Made by a program: the position numbers and the translations under genes. A DNA stretch of 64,000 nucleotides from Vicugna vicugna (taxonomy: Eukaryota): assembly GCA_013265495.1 (NCBI GenBank), contig MU058528.1:1-64000 (forward strand). The letters are read 5' to 3'. The notes under the pieces were generated by a model that was given only the letters and a program-made list of their open reading frames with translations, made no database searches and had not been told where the DNA came from. Shown piece by piece: positions 13,216 through 25,138 of this stretch. Each line of letters starts with the position of its first letter. The stretch's first letter is position 1.

Positions 13216-14599
13216 AAATACATATCACTTATATGTGGAATCTAAAAAAAAAATTAACCATAAATAAACTTATTTACAAAACAGAAAGGGACTCACAGAC
13301 CAAAAACAAACTGATGCTTACCAAAGGGGAATGCAGGGGGATGGATAAATAAGGAGTTTGGGATTAGCAGATACAAACTACTATATACAAAATAGATAAA
13401 CAACAAGGTCCTACTATACAGCGCAGAGAACTATATTCTATAACTTGTAATAATAATCTGTAATGAAAAAGAATACGAAAATGAATATATATATATAACT
13501 GAATCACTATGCTATACACCAGAAATTAATACAACATTGTAAACTGATTATACTTAAATAAAATAAAATGCTTCCATGAAAAAAATTTTAATATGTCCCA
13601 AAGGAACTAATGTTCCTGCATTGAAAAGTTAGGTGCTTTAATTGTAATATTTTCAGAGGTTTGGCCTTTACACAAAATTACTATGTAATTTTTATGTACT
13701 CTTTCCATTGCTGTATGAAAATTACTGATCCAAGAATAAGGTGCATAAAATATGTGAGAGAAAGGTTAGTGAAGAATTCAAAACTCTACTTGTTATGTCT
13801 CAAAATTGCTGGCACATAAGTTTATTCTGACATCTATATGAAATTCATGTGTGGAATCAAAACTGAGTTATGAGTGTTCTTAGAACTTCATGTCACATGG
13901 GGGAGACACGTATGTTTCTTATTTCAGTTTTGCCAAGTATGAATCAATTGCAAATTGCAAAAACAACTTTATTTCTTCAGCAACAGATCTACTTTTAAAA
14001 AGCTAGTTCCTTAATGTTCTTGCCATTTTAAAACTTCAGAAACCACTTTGGTTAAAAAAGCTGTTAAATCTAGTTTAGGTCTCTAGATTGTTTTGCTGTT
14101 CAGTAATTTTCATACACTAAATATGGCTTGAGCTAATTTAGGGCTTCAAAAATACATTAAAGATTTTTATTTAATAATATAATTGGTTTTGGAGTTTTCC
14201 GGTCTTAGGATGTTCTTGTTAATGATTATCTTAATTTGAGTGTCTGTTACATTTTTTTGACTGATTAATTTGACTTTTCACTTACTGCTCATTGGAATAT
14301 TTGAAGGAATTCATCAGTTTCAGATTTCTTAACCAACATTGTTTGTCAAATTCGCATAAGCTGCCGCTCCTAGGAGCCAGGAGGCTGGCCTTTCATACCC
14401 CGTGTTGCTCAGTTACTGGTTGTGGGCTGTGGCCCCTACCCTGAGGTTGCTTCCCTTACTGGACGAGGTGGCTCCTGTGAGCTAAGGGTGATTCCCCAGA
14501 GAAGGGGGCTGGTGTGAGTCGGTACCAGCCACCGGGCTGGGGTGCAAAGCTGAGGCTGGATCTGGGTGAGGCCCCAGGGCCGGGAGCGTGCACATTTGG

Positions 14600-14770
14600 G
14601 CTCATGCTTACTTAACCACTCAGATTCTCAGTATCCGTTTCAGTAAAATGGAACTAAGAATAACACTAGTCTTGCAAGGACTGTTTTACAAGTTAAGTGA
14701 TGTAATTTATATAATGCGCTTACCACAGTGCCGGCCATGTAGAAGTGAAGTGCTCCCTGAATGTTAGTTT
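14600..14770 (+). mobile_element. MIR SINE remnant
   Basis: MIR core-like ...ctcagtatccgtttcagtaaaatggaactaagaataacact... and ...gcttaccacagtgccggccatgtagaagtg...gaatgttag. Confidence 0.6.
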
Positions 14771-14866
14771 CTAGAGCTGTTTCCTAAAATGAAATGAGAA
14801 AGAAATGTCTTTTACTTTATTGTGAACACATAGTCACCCCGTTAAACATCTTTTGTATTTTTCAAG

Positions 14867-14969
14867 GTAAATGAAACCCAGTTTTGTGTTGATATTCCTG
14901 CTGTGAGAAACTTTAAAGTGTCAAATACACAAGATGCTTCAGTGTCCATAGTGGATTACTATGAACCAA
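14867..14969 (+). CDS. CD109: CD109 penultimate coding exon: VNETQFCVDIPAVRNFKVSNTQDASVSIVDYYEP(R)
   Basis: Acceptor tttttcaag|GTA and donor CCAA|gtaagt; 103 nt, phase 0/1. Carries the DYYEP motif of TEP-family C-termini. Not in the ORF track because it is short. Confidence 0.96.
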
Positions 14970-16973
14970 GTAAGTGTGTTTTGGAGTTCCTAATACTTTA
15001 GGAGGTAAGCCAGGCATGCACTGATTGATTGATTCATTCAAAGTGTCCACCTGCTGGGTTGGTTTTGCTGGGAAGAGTGTTGTAGGTGGGGGAGTGTAAG
15101 GGGTTGGGGAGCAGGAGGTGAGCTGCCCATTTAAATGAAGACAATTGATAATTTATAAAAATAATCACATGATAGCATTTAGCATATGATATTAAAAAGT
15201 GATGTTATTGCTCATAACATTTTAGGTTTTTAACTCACTGTTATTAAACTTTACAAAGAAAACTTGACAAGAGTTCAGGTTTGTTTGGTTTCCAAGGTTC
15301 TGCTCCTGTTCCGAGCACCCATTGTGTTTCCAGTTTTAAAAGGCACTTCTTCAGGAGGAAAGGTGGACACCATCCACAGCGGGAAAGCCTCAGCTGGGTT
15401 TAGCTCTTTCTTCACTGAGGGAGTCGTCTTCTGCTAAGATTTATACATTATAACAGATTAAAAAAATCATTTCAAGAAAAATATAGTCTTTGGAAAATAA
15501 CTTGAGCTTCTTTGATTTTACTGGTAACTTCTTTATAAAATGTGAGACATTTAGGATGTGAAAGTAGAGATCTAGTTTGGAGATCACCTAAGTTAATTAG
15601 GACGGATCTGTGTTCAGGCGCAGACTGACTCTGCGGGTGTGTGGTTTCCCGACTAAAGTTTCACCTCGTAATCGCATTTGTCCTGAACGAGCATTCCTGG
15701 TGGCTTTAGAATCATCAGAATGCACGAGTCATGAACATTTTCAGGTGATAGGTGGTTGTAGATAATTACACTTGAAAATACAAGGAACTTTCCCGCATCA
15801 TTGGTAGTGATGCTGAAGCACCCGTTAAAGACTGCAGTAGCACCAGCTCTCTCTCCTCCTGAGTCAACAAGCCAGTTCCTCTTGTCTTTTGCCTCCTGTT
15901 GGAGCTGGGAAAGAGCCTTCCCCCAGTTCCCGTGGGACATTGTGGGGACGCACTGACGCAGCACTTTTTTTCTGGTGGAAGGATGGAATCCGCTATGGAG
16001 ACTGGGTGACAGTACCTAGTTATCCAACTTTGTTATTTTATAACCTAGTTGAAATACTCTCCAACTGACGTTTCTTAGGTGCATGGAGAACATTTCAGAC
16101 ATTTAAGAAGCAAAAAAGATTCAGTCTGTGTAAATTTTTGAGGAAAATAGCTTATGTATGAGGGGGACATTTTTAAATGACAACATTAGAAAGATCAGAA
16201 TAATAAAAACCAACCAATCCATTATTTGAAAAATATTAAAGTTAGAAAACATTTATAATATTAAAAATTGATGAAAACACATGAAGAAATTCAAAAATAG
16301 AAAGTTTTAAAAGTATTAAAAATAAAAATTTATGTTTTATGGTTAAGTTTACTGTAGTGTTACTGGTGCTTTATATATATATTTTAAATATTAGTTATAT
16401 TTTATATATTACTTATATAATATATATATTACTATAAAATTTACCCAAGTTGAATAGTTTTAAAGACTGTATGTCAGTGTTTTAAAACACTGAGACAAGG
16501 CATTGCACAGGCAGCGTTTTCTTCATGTTTTCACATTTAAAAAATAAAGTCCATGGCAAATATTTCTCTTCAGTAGTTCTAATGATTAACACTTTACTTG
16601 AATGCATAGAAAATGTCAGCCTAAATAAACTCTTGAGAAGTTTAAAAAATCCTCCGTTTACAGTCTTCCCTGTTCCAGGCAGTTTCAGGTTGTGGTTGAC
16701 TTGCAACGGGCAGCCGTGGTCTGTTTCCTCTCTTTCAACGCTGGCCAGCTGCTGGTGGTGGAGAAGTTGGACCGAAAGCGTTGTTTCTCTCTTGGATTTG
16801 GTTAGCAGCTTGGGGCCCCTCGTGAGCATGTCAGTTGTTTCTTGTAAAGAAAAATAAAATTATATGAAGAGTGGAAAACTCGGAAAAGTGTATTGAAATG
16901 CTCTTAAGTTCTGGCAAAGTACATGTTTCTAAACAAAGGAGGCATGTAAACTGATGTCTGCCTCTTTGAACAG

Positions 16974-17161
16974 GGAGACGAGCGGTGAGAAGCTACAACT
17001 CCAGAGCGAAGCTGTCCTCCTGTGACCTCTGCGGCGACACTCAGGGCTGCGGGCTCTGTGACAGCGCGGCCTCAGCCTCTCCTTCTCCCCCTCCTGCCAG
17101 CCTCCTTTTCTGCTTCACGCTTCTGTTTTCTTTGCAAAGTTGGCTGCGACTGGTTTTTTAA
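16974..17161 (+). CDS. CD109: CD109 terminal coding exon: RRAVRSYNSRAKLSSCDLCGDTQGCGLCDSAASASPSPPPASLLFCFTLLFSLQSWLRLVF*, Cys-rich segment plus GPI-anchor signal
   Basis: Acceptor tttgaacag|GG completes AGG with the phase-1 base of the previous exon; TAA at 17159-17161. Matches recalled human RRQAVRSYNSEVKLSSCDLCSDVQGC and has a hydrophobic C-terminus. Confidence 0.95.
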
Positions 17162-20100
17162 GTACTCCATGTAACGCTTTCTTTTCCAGAAGTCACATGT
17201 GATTGTCTTGTTTTCGTAATCAAATATTGCATCTGATTACTCTGATAATCATTTTTTCTCTTGTAATGGGGTCGGGGGGCGATGGTGGACAACAGGTCCT
17301 CGCATGCAGAGCTGCATTGATTTCTTCTCCTGACTTCCGTATGGAACAAAAGTCAAAATTACTGCAGCTGTGATTCTTTATTTCCCCCTCTTAAAACCTT
17401 TTAGGACTTCTTTTGGACGGGCTGTTTTCTCCAGAATAAATGTTATTCTAGATGATTCTTTTCATTTTCTAGAGGAAATGAGCCTAGGTTCTTAAGCTTT
17501 GCTTTACATCAGCGTCTGCTTAGTATCAACAGGGATGGATTTCCTGGGAGCAAGGAGAAAACACCCCGAGGGCGGAGCTTGTTCTGTCTCTTCTGTACCA
17601 GCCTCAGCCTCTGCCCAACACGCCTGCCCCTCTGGTCTCAGTACATCCTTCTTAATCAGGTATTACTTGGACATAGATGGTGATTCTTTTTTTTTTTTTT
17701 AAAGGGAAATAAATGGTGGTTTTCCACTCCAGATGTGGTCACATACCCTAGCCCTAACCTTCCTCAGTTTTCCCTCTGGAGAGGAGGAGAGGGTGGATGC
17801 GCTTTGCTGTGCCGCCCGCGGTTCAGAGGTTGAGTGTGCTGGGAAGTGCCCGGAGGGCTCCCAGGCACGTTCTCCTCTCGGACCCCAGCCCCACACGCGG
17901 GTTCTGTTTAGAGAGCACTGCAACAGGTGCTTTCCGTGACTTGGACCAGAAGATCCTGGATCAGGAGGCACATGCCAGCTAGTCATGGGGGATGCTAAGC
18001 CAGGGGAGTGACAGAATCCTGTCTGCGACACAGCAGACTGACCTCCCTGTGGTCTGGGAAAGAAGGTGGGGTTTGACAAGGATCACAGAGATGTGAAGTA
18101 CAATAGGGCACTGGCCAGGGTCTTGTGGAACCTTCTAGACTCAGATGTCTGAGTGTCAGACTACCAGCTGTCTGGTGACGTCTAATACTTGCTCTCAGTC
18201 TTACAGAAGATTCTTAAATTTTGAGCACCTGGGTCACTGGTTCCCCGGTATTGGGAAGGATAATACTCATTTATCTGGGTGAAAACTTTAAAGAAGTTTT
18301 CTTCTTTCTTCCCCCTTCCCTGTTTTTTCTCTCTTCCTTCTTTCTTCCTTTCCTTGACGTCTTCCTTTCTTCTTTTCCTTTGAAACATATTGAAATATTT
18401 TAGACATGTCAAAAACAGTTTAAAGATCTTTCACTAAATCTAAAAAGTGGTTTAAATTCACCCCCAAACTCTGCAGCATTTCTCGCAAAAGGATGTAGAA
18501 CCGTGATTGCCATGGCTCCCAAGAGGCTGCGTTACATACAGTATTTTCATCTGTTTAAAAGTAAATCCAAAAATAAAATATGCAAATGATATCTTTTAAA
18601 GTGAGTATTTAAAAGAATGTTGTCATTTTAATGAATTTAAAGAAATTACAGTGGATATTCAGGGATTGTTTAATGGATGTTTTGGATGCAAAGGTAGGAA
18701 TTTCCAACATTCAGTAATTTTTGAAAGCTTGAAATCTGTATATAGAAAAGAGATGCTAAAAGAGAGGTCTACGGAGAAAGCTAGTAAATATCAAACATGT
18801 GATTTCCTTGTATTTACTTTTCAGTAGGGAAAAGTTTTCAGTTGTGTTACGCCTTTGAAACAGTCTGATCTGAAAAAGGCGCTTGTGTTTGTCCTTCCTG
18901 TGTGGGGATTTCGGCTTTTATATCCTAGGCTTTCTTTGGAGGTGAAAGTGTCTTGTAATAAAGTTGGAGGATAGTGTTGGCAAAAGATACCCCTTCCCCC
19001 TCCCTGGCCAGGGGACCTCAGACTGACCAGCCATAGCTCACATTCTGTAGTTTGTTTTCTGTTCATGCTGGACTTCTAGTGTAGCATCCTGGAAGCACTG
19101 GAGTGGAAAGCCATCGGAAGACGACTTGTTGCTTTTTAGACCATGTTTCTTCCTCACTGAAAACTAGAACTCTAATACGTATTTTGTGAATTATTTCAGA
19201 TTTTCGGGTTAAAAGCTCACCTTGTAACTCAAATTGCAGTGCATCTCTTTTTATTACAAACGTATTAAAAATTGAGGAGCAGGAGGGGGTCGAAGAGGAA
19301 GAAGAGAAGGAGGAGCAGGTGGAGGAGAGGGTCGCCAGCGTGGCCTTGAGCTGCATGTGGCCCTTCTTCCTTCTGCCTCCCAGAGCACTGGCTCTCCTAC
19401 AGCAGCGGGCTTGGCTTACAGGGGACCACAAAGCCACCGGGATGCGGAAGAGAGAGGACACGGCTTAGTAATAAATAGTAATGACTCTTTTCTTCACATG
19501 CTATGAATATTAATATTAAAAACCTCATTTCACCTTTAAGTTTGCTTATGCCGACTTTTCCTTTAGAATGCCATCAGCCTTATTTACTGATATGAACTAA
19601 GGTCCCCGTCTTCCCCACCAAGAGGGAACCTTATTAAGACACCAGCGTATCTCACTTCCAGCTTGGACTGGCCAGTGATTCCAGAGACTGAACATCGGGA
19701 GTAACTAATAGGACAGAACAATTCTGCGGTTTCACCATCTTACTACCTTCTGTTATAATTCTAAGAAAGAAATTAAAGCCCATTAAAATATGCTGGGCCA
19801 ATGAAATGCTTCCTTTTATTGGACTGCCCTGTTACACTTGTCACTTATACACACAATGCTATATTCTACACATGGGAATTTTTCGGGATTGTATATAGCA
19901 ATTCTCCCTGCTTCCATTTGTTTTAAGCTGGCTATATTTTTTTAAGTTGTATTTAACCATACTTTTTGTTTATATTAAATTTAGTTATAAATAGTCTGGC
20001 AATCTAATGCTAATTATCTTTATTTTGATATAGTTCAATTATTTTGATGTAATTCAGTTTGACACCATTCAACATTTCTGGCTGTCCTATGATATTTTTT

Positions 20101-21405
20101 AAAAATTGGAGCTATGATTTGTCTTTGTCATTCTTTAAAGGCACCATTTCATTAACCATGTAATCTGGAGTTCTTTGTAACAGCCTTACTTTTTCTAATT
20201 TGCTTTATTGAAGTTTAATACTGAATTCTATAAAAAATATGGTGTAAATATCTCCTTGTCAAGGTTTCTTAACATAAGGACAGTACTTATTTCGGGTTTG
20301 TCAAGTGGCTACCATGGGTCCAGATACCCTTATGTATATTCTTCAGTGCATCATTTTCTTGCACTTTGTAAATCTGAGACCCTTACAGTAAGTGGACTCA
20401 CTCTTGGATAAGCTTCAGAACCTGATATATCCTCAGTGAGGGCTTCTGTTAGATAGAAGTATATTCCTATTTTTCTTTGTTTTCAAATTCCAATAAAGCA
20501 TAGCACTTTTAAGAACTTAACATTTGTCCATCATCTATTCAAATGATATTCATGTTAATATTAAATATCTTAAGTGACATTGGGAGTAATTTGAGGTGCC
20601 GTTATTTTTATCGTGACTTTGAATAGAGGGCTGTCATCCTACTTTCTTCAGGAAAGTAAGCGGTAAATATATATTTTTAATGAAGTATGTGTGAGTGAGA
20701 GTCGGCTTGTTTCAAAAGTCTCTGGCTGTTGAGTTGTGTTTTCATGTGCCTCATCAAAAGACAGCACCACGTTGTGTTATTCTGTAAAACGTTGCCATTT
20801 CATTTCCATGACCGTAACACAGGAAAATAGAAGTTTTCTGAGTTCTTACTTCAGAGGACATTTATACACTGGTATGTGTGTGTCTCTGTAATGGGGATGA
20901 TACTGACATACGTGTCGCTACATATTTAAGAATCATTCTGTCTCACGTTGCCATGAAGCCATGATTTACCACTCTTCTGCCCGTGTATTGAATCGGCGGT
21001 GGAAGATTGTTCCATGTTCTACTTACAGCTCTTTAAGATTTATCTTTGCTAGGTTTAATAAAGAGTGGCTCTGTTCTGGTCTTTCAAGCCTTTATGTTTT
21101 GAATTTTTAAAATAGTAGGGTATAGTTGATGTGGTAGAGACAATTGTTTTTTGTACACAGGAAGCGTTACAAGATTTTATTCATAAATCCTCTCTTTTAT
21201 AAAGCTGTTTTGCATATGAGAAGGATACTGTTGAAATAAAATACTATTTTTCCAGAAACTAAAGCTTTCTATATGGAACCAGGGTGATTCTGAAAGTTTA
21301 AATTTTAGGTGTTTAAGTATTATGTTGTTGTCAATTGTACATGAATATGTATTGAATAGGAAACCATGATTTATCAATAAAAATGAACATTTCCAGCTAT
21401 TTATT
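17162..21405 (+). other. CD109: Probable long CD109 3' UTR
   Basis: Repeat-poor sequence after the stop, running to AATAAA at 21376 followed by a GT/T-rich tract. Transposon density rises shortly afterwards. The end point is inferred. Confidence 0.65.
17435..17440 (+). terminator. Candidate proximal polyadenylation signal (AATAAA)
   Basis: ccagAATAAAtg ~270 nt after the stop, followed by T-rich ttcttttcatttt. Usage cannot be shown from sequence. Confidence 0.4.
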
Positions 21406-21420
21406 ATCAGTGTTGTTTTT
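21376..21420 (+). terminator. Candidate distal polyadenylation signal with downstream GU/U-rich element
   Basis: AATAAA at 21376-21381, gtgttgttttt at ~21410-21420, and upstream TGTA motifs (~21337, ~21348). Confidence 0.65.
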
Positions 21421-21839
21421 ATTTTAGCTTAAAATCATGTCATTGGCACATCTCCTTAATTGAACCTGTTTAATGCTGAGATACGGGATATCTGAGGAGG
21501 GGTTATTGTGTTATAAGAATTTGACATGAATGAGCTGAAAGGAACTTGACCACGAGCCCCCTTCACCTCCCACCTCATTCTTTGTGTTTGGTGTTGGAGT
21601 GGGGTTCGTGGAGAGGTACGTGATACACAAAGGAAAACTGTGAGGTGAGGACACGCTAGGCCTCTGGAAACTCTAAAGAAATACAGAAGACACAGTTTGT
21701 GTACATAGGAAGACGGGGCTTGGACTCTGGCATCCACAGCCTAACATTTCAGGTACTTTCCTTGATTTCTACTCAGTGTTTATTCATTTATTTTAACACT
21801 TTTCCTGCCATGAATTTTCTGGGCTTCTGTGAAGTGTCA

Positions 21840-22042
21840 CAGTTGTTCTTAATTGGGGATGATTTTGACCCCGAATGACACTTGGCAATGACTGGAGGTC
21901 ATTTTTGTTGTCAGAGTTGGAGGTAGTGGGACTGGCACCAGCGATGCTGCTAGACGTCCCACAGGGCACAGGACGGCCCCACAACAAAGACGAAATACCA
22001 GTAAGGGCAAAGTATCAACAGTGCCAGGGTTGAGAAACTCCC
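21840..22042 (+). mobile_element. MER20-like non-autonomous hAT-Charlie DNA transposon
   Basis: cagttgttcttaattggggatgattttg...cacttggcaatgactggag...gatgctgctagacgtcc...gttgagaaact matches the recalled MER20 consensus. Confidence 0.8.
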
Positions 22043-22429
22043 TAGCTGAGTGATGCCGGGTACTTCCAGATCACCTAGTAATGTCAATATGATTAGTTTA
22101 ATGACGTCCATAAACAGCAGCAGAGGCACTGGAATCACTGGGCAGAGATTTAGACTCGCAAATAAATCTATACCCCAATCCTAGGAAACCTAGGCTGGAG
22201 ACGGGAAAGAGGTGGTAATTTTTTTTTTTTTTTGAAAATGTCTATAATGGTAGGTTCCAAACTTGGATGATTACCAGACTCCCTTAAAAACCTCATTTAA
22301 CAAAAAAAAAACCTTTGGTCTTCTAGAAATCCTAATTCAGTAGTAGGTGTAGGATCAGTTTCTGAATCTGCATTGTGCAGCACCCCGGATTCCAATGATC
22401 GCGTCAGTCTCGGAGCCACTAGAATCGGT

Positions 22430-22911
22430 CACGGTCCTCATGCCCCTGCGGCTCCTCTCCCTCTGATGTGGGTGTGGCCCGTGACTTGCTTGGAGCCAAC
22501 AGAATTTGGCGAAGGTGACAGATCGCTGCACTCCTCCTGCTGGAGTCTCTCCTGCCTTTTCTAAAGATGTGAGCTCTCGTGTTGCGTGCTGCTGGGTCGG
22601 GAGACCCACGTGGCTAGGAAATGAGAGCAGCTTTTAGGAGCTGAGGGCAGCCTCCGGCTGACAGCCAGCTAGAAAATGAAGCCCCTGTGGCTGTAGGGAA
22701 CTGACTTCTGCCCACAAGAGTGGATCCCTCGCCAGCTAAGCCTCAGCAGAACCTGCAGCCTGATGCTGTGATTTTAGCCACATGAGACCAAACAGGGACT
22801 CCAGCTCAGCGCCCAGGCTCGACCCGCAGAAACCGTGACATACCAGATGTGTGCTGTTCTAAACCGTTAATTCTGGGGTCATTTGTTGCACAGCAATAGA
22901 AAACTAATACA
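22430..22911 (+). mobile_element. MaLR (MLT1-type) solo LTR
   Basis: Typical MLT1 3' end ...ggggtcatttgttgcacagcaatagaaaactaataca, and internal gtgacttgctt...ccaacagaat. 5' boundary approximate. Confidence 0.8.
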
Positions 22912-25037
22912 CAAGTTTTGAAATAAATTAATTATGTTTTAACGGAGCCAACCTATCCCTAACTGGTGCACATAGTGTTTCTGTAGTGAACCAAACACGG
23001 GCGCGTCAGCCCTGGCGCCCAGCACTCCCTGCACTGCCTCTGCCACTTGTGTCACTGGACCAAAGAGAAGCTGTGGAGTCCTCATGGCTTGAGAGCTGCT
23101 CGGATCTCCACACTCAGGTGGGGAGATTTCTCTCCCTGACTCCGTGCTATACACTTCATCCCTTGGACAGAGTAGGTCTGCTTGTGCCTCAGTGCTCACA
23201 GAGTGTTCAGTGGAAAATGTTCTTTCAACACGTGCTTCTAGTGTCTCTCTCTCTCTACACTCCTCCCTTGTCCAGGAGGCTGGGCTGCGTGCAGTGAGGT
23301 AGAGATACCGTACTGTCCTCCCAGTATGCCTTCTTTCTGACATACACAGTCTCTCTCTCATCTCCCCAAAATTGTCACGCAAAGTGGACTCCTGGTAGCC
23401 CTCCCTGCTGGTAGTTCATACATTCATTTATAGATACTGCAGTGGTTAAGAGCGGGGGTTTTGGTGCCAGGCAGGTCTGGGCTCCCATCTTGGCTCTGCC
23501 TCTGGTCAGAGAGGAGACCCCTCTATTCCCTAAGTGATCTCAGGTTCCCTCTTTCCCTAAACTCACTCCAGCCCAATAGAGACAGATTTTTCTGAACTGT
23601 CACTTGAGTACGAGTACACTGGCTGCTTCGCCATCTGAGGTCCCATGTGGACACCCGCCTTGGTTCCCTTGTGCTGACCAGGTCTTGCTGGGCCCAGTGC
23701 TGCCTGCAGTGGAGGGGGAGTATAGCCAGAGATGGGCCTCCCTGGGCAGGTCTACTCAGTTCTTGCACCAGGCTGTGTCCTCCAACCTAGCTTTTATTAG
23801 GAATTGAGTGGGTTTTTTGGTTCCTTCATCTGTTGGTTTTTGTACACAAGGTGGGGATGAAGGCTGCAATTTATTGCATTCCATAGGCCCCCAACAGCTC
23901 TACCAAGGGTGTGAACTTGGGTAGGTTTTGCAACATCTGGTACATATGAGGTGTTTAACAAGTTATGGTTGTGACTCTGTGTCTGTCTCTGTCAGTGGAT
24001 ACTTTCATCTCTAACTGTATATGCATAGATTTAGGCAGGAGGGAAGGGAACTGTCCCACTCTCCAGCTAGGTTGTTGCCTCTGGGGGCGTCTGTTTGCAG
24101 CCGCAGCCTGTTCTCATGGCCTCTCTGATGCTCACAGTGGACCAGAGAGGATGTTTGCTTGGAGGCTGATGCGTTCTCCCTCCACCCTGCTTTGCTTGGT
24201 CATCATTTCTGCTAAGGTGATTCACAGATGGAGCCTGAAGAAGGTTCAAGTAACAATTTATTTAAAGTCACCAGGGATGAATCCAGGTTACTGAGATTCA
24301 GATATGTGGGTATTGTGCCCCTTGATCTAGTTATGTTGTCTCATCAGGGTGTCCCGGAACATGAGGCATCACCTCCCAGACTGCAGTGTCCCGACAAGGA
24401 CATTTCCGGTGCTGGATTCTTGAAGGTTGTTTTTTTTAGGTCATCTCCTTCTTCTTTCCCTGTTTTTCATCTCTGTTCTCCGTTCTGAAGTTCCCATCAG
24501 CTCCACTTTTTCTATCAGTGGCTCCCTCTCAGGCAGCAGCAAGTTCTAAGTCTCCTTTTTTGCCTTCAGTTTCCTCTTCATCTCTTCATCTGCCAGGAGT
24601 CAGAACTTTCTCTCTTCTCTCTATTCTGCTGCAAGGTTACCTCCCTAGGGCAGATGAATGATGAGAGAACTTTTGGAAGATTCTCCACCTGGTTGGTAAT
24701 TGGCTTTTATTCTCTTTTATGTTATCCCAATTTTCTCAAAGATTAGATAACTGCATGGGTTCCAGATGAGGGAGGCATTAACTGGCAGAATACACAAAAC
24801 AGACCTGATGGTTAAACAAAGTCAGTGAGAAAAGAGCAAATGCCTCCAGTTTCTCAACAAGGGAGGTGATTCATTTTAGCACAGTCTGCATGTTTCAGGC
24901 TGTTTTGCCTGGTTACTAATGTCACAATTTGAGAAGGAAGACCGACCGGAATCCATATGGGGCAGAGCAGCCATGAGGGTGTCAGGAGGAAAGACGAGGG
25001 GATTTGGGGATGCTCAGCTGGAGAAAGAAACCATGTG

Positions 25038-25138
25038 ACTGGAACACTGAGCCATACACCAGAAATTGACACGTTGTAACCGACTATGCTTTGATTAAAT
25101 AAATAAATAAATAAATAAAGTGCATTTTTTAAAAAAGG
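25038..25138 (+). mobile_element. ~100-bp L1 3'-end insertion with (TAAA)n tail
   Basis: acaccagaaattgacacgttgtaaccgactat matches the L1 3' termini elsewhere in this window. Perfect 13-bp TSD aagaaaccatgtg (25025-25037 / 25139-25151). Confidence 0.85.

Larger units (their letters stand above)
6744..13564 (+). mobile_element. Full-length (~6.8 kb) decayed LINE-1, sense-oriented, in a CD109 intron
   Basis: L1-like start (ggagcagcttcaagatgg), G-rich 5' UTR, ORF1 and ORF2 remnants, 3' UTR and A-rich tail. Degenerate 16-bp TSD aaaatagtcccgtgaa (6728-6743) / aaaatgcttccatgaa (13565-13580), 12 of 16 identical. Confidence 0.95.

Noticed and set aside
6744..13564. Active or domesticated L1
   Set aside because: Both ORFs are broken by many frameshifts and stops, the 5' UTR is CpG-depleted, and the TSD is degenerate.
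19063..19461. 132-aa antisense ORF in the 3' UTR
   Set aside because: Driven by a GA-rich low-complexity patch (~19275-19330), with no recognisable domain.
22939..23382. Longest unexplained ORF (147 aa, minus strand) and similar 60-130 aa ORFs between 22 and 64 kb
   Set aside because: No recognisable homology or consistent exon structure, many use non-ATG starts, and lengths are compatible with chance or repeat origin.
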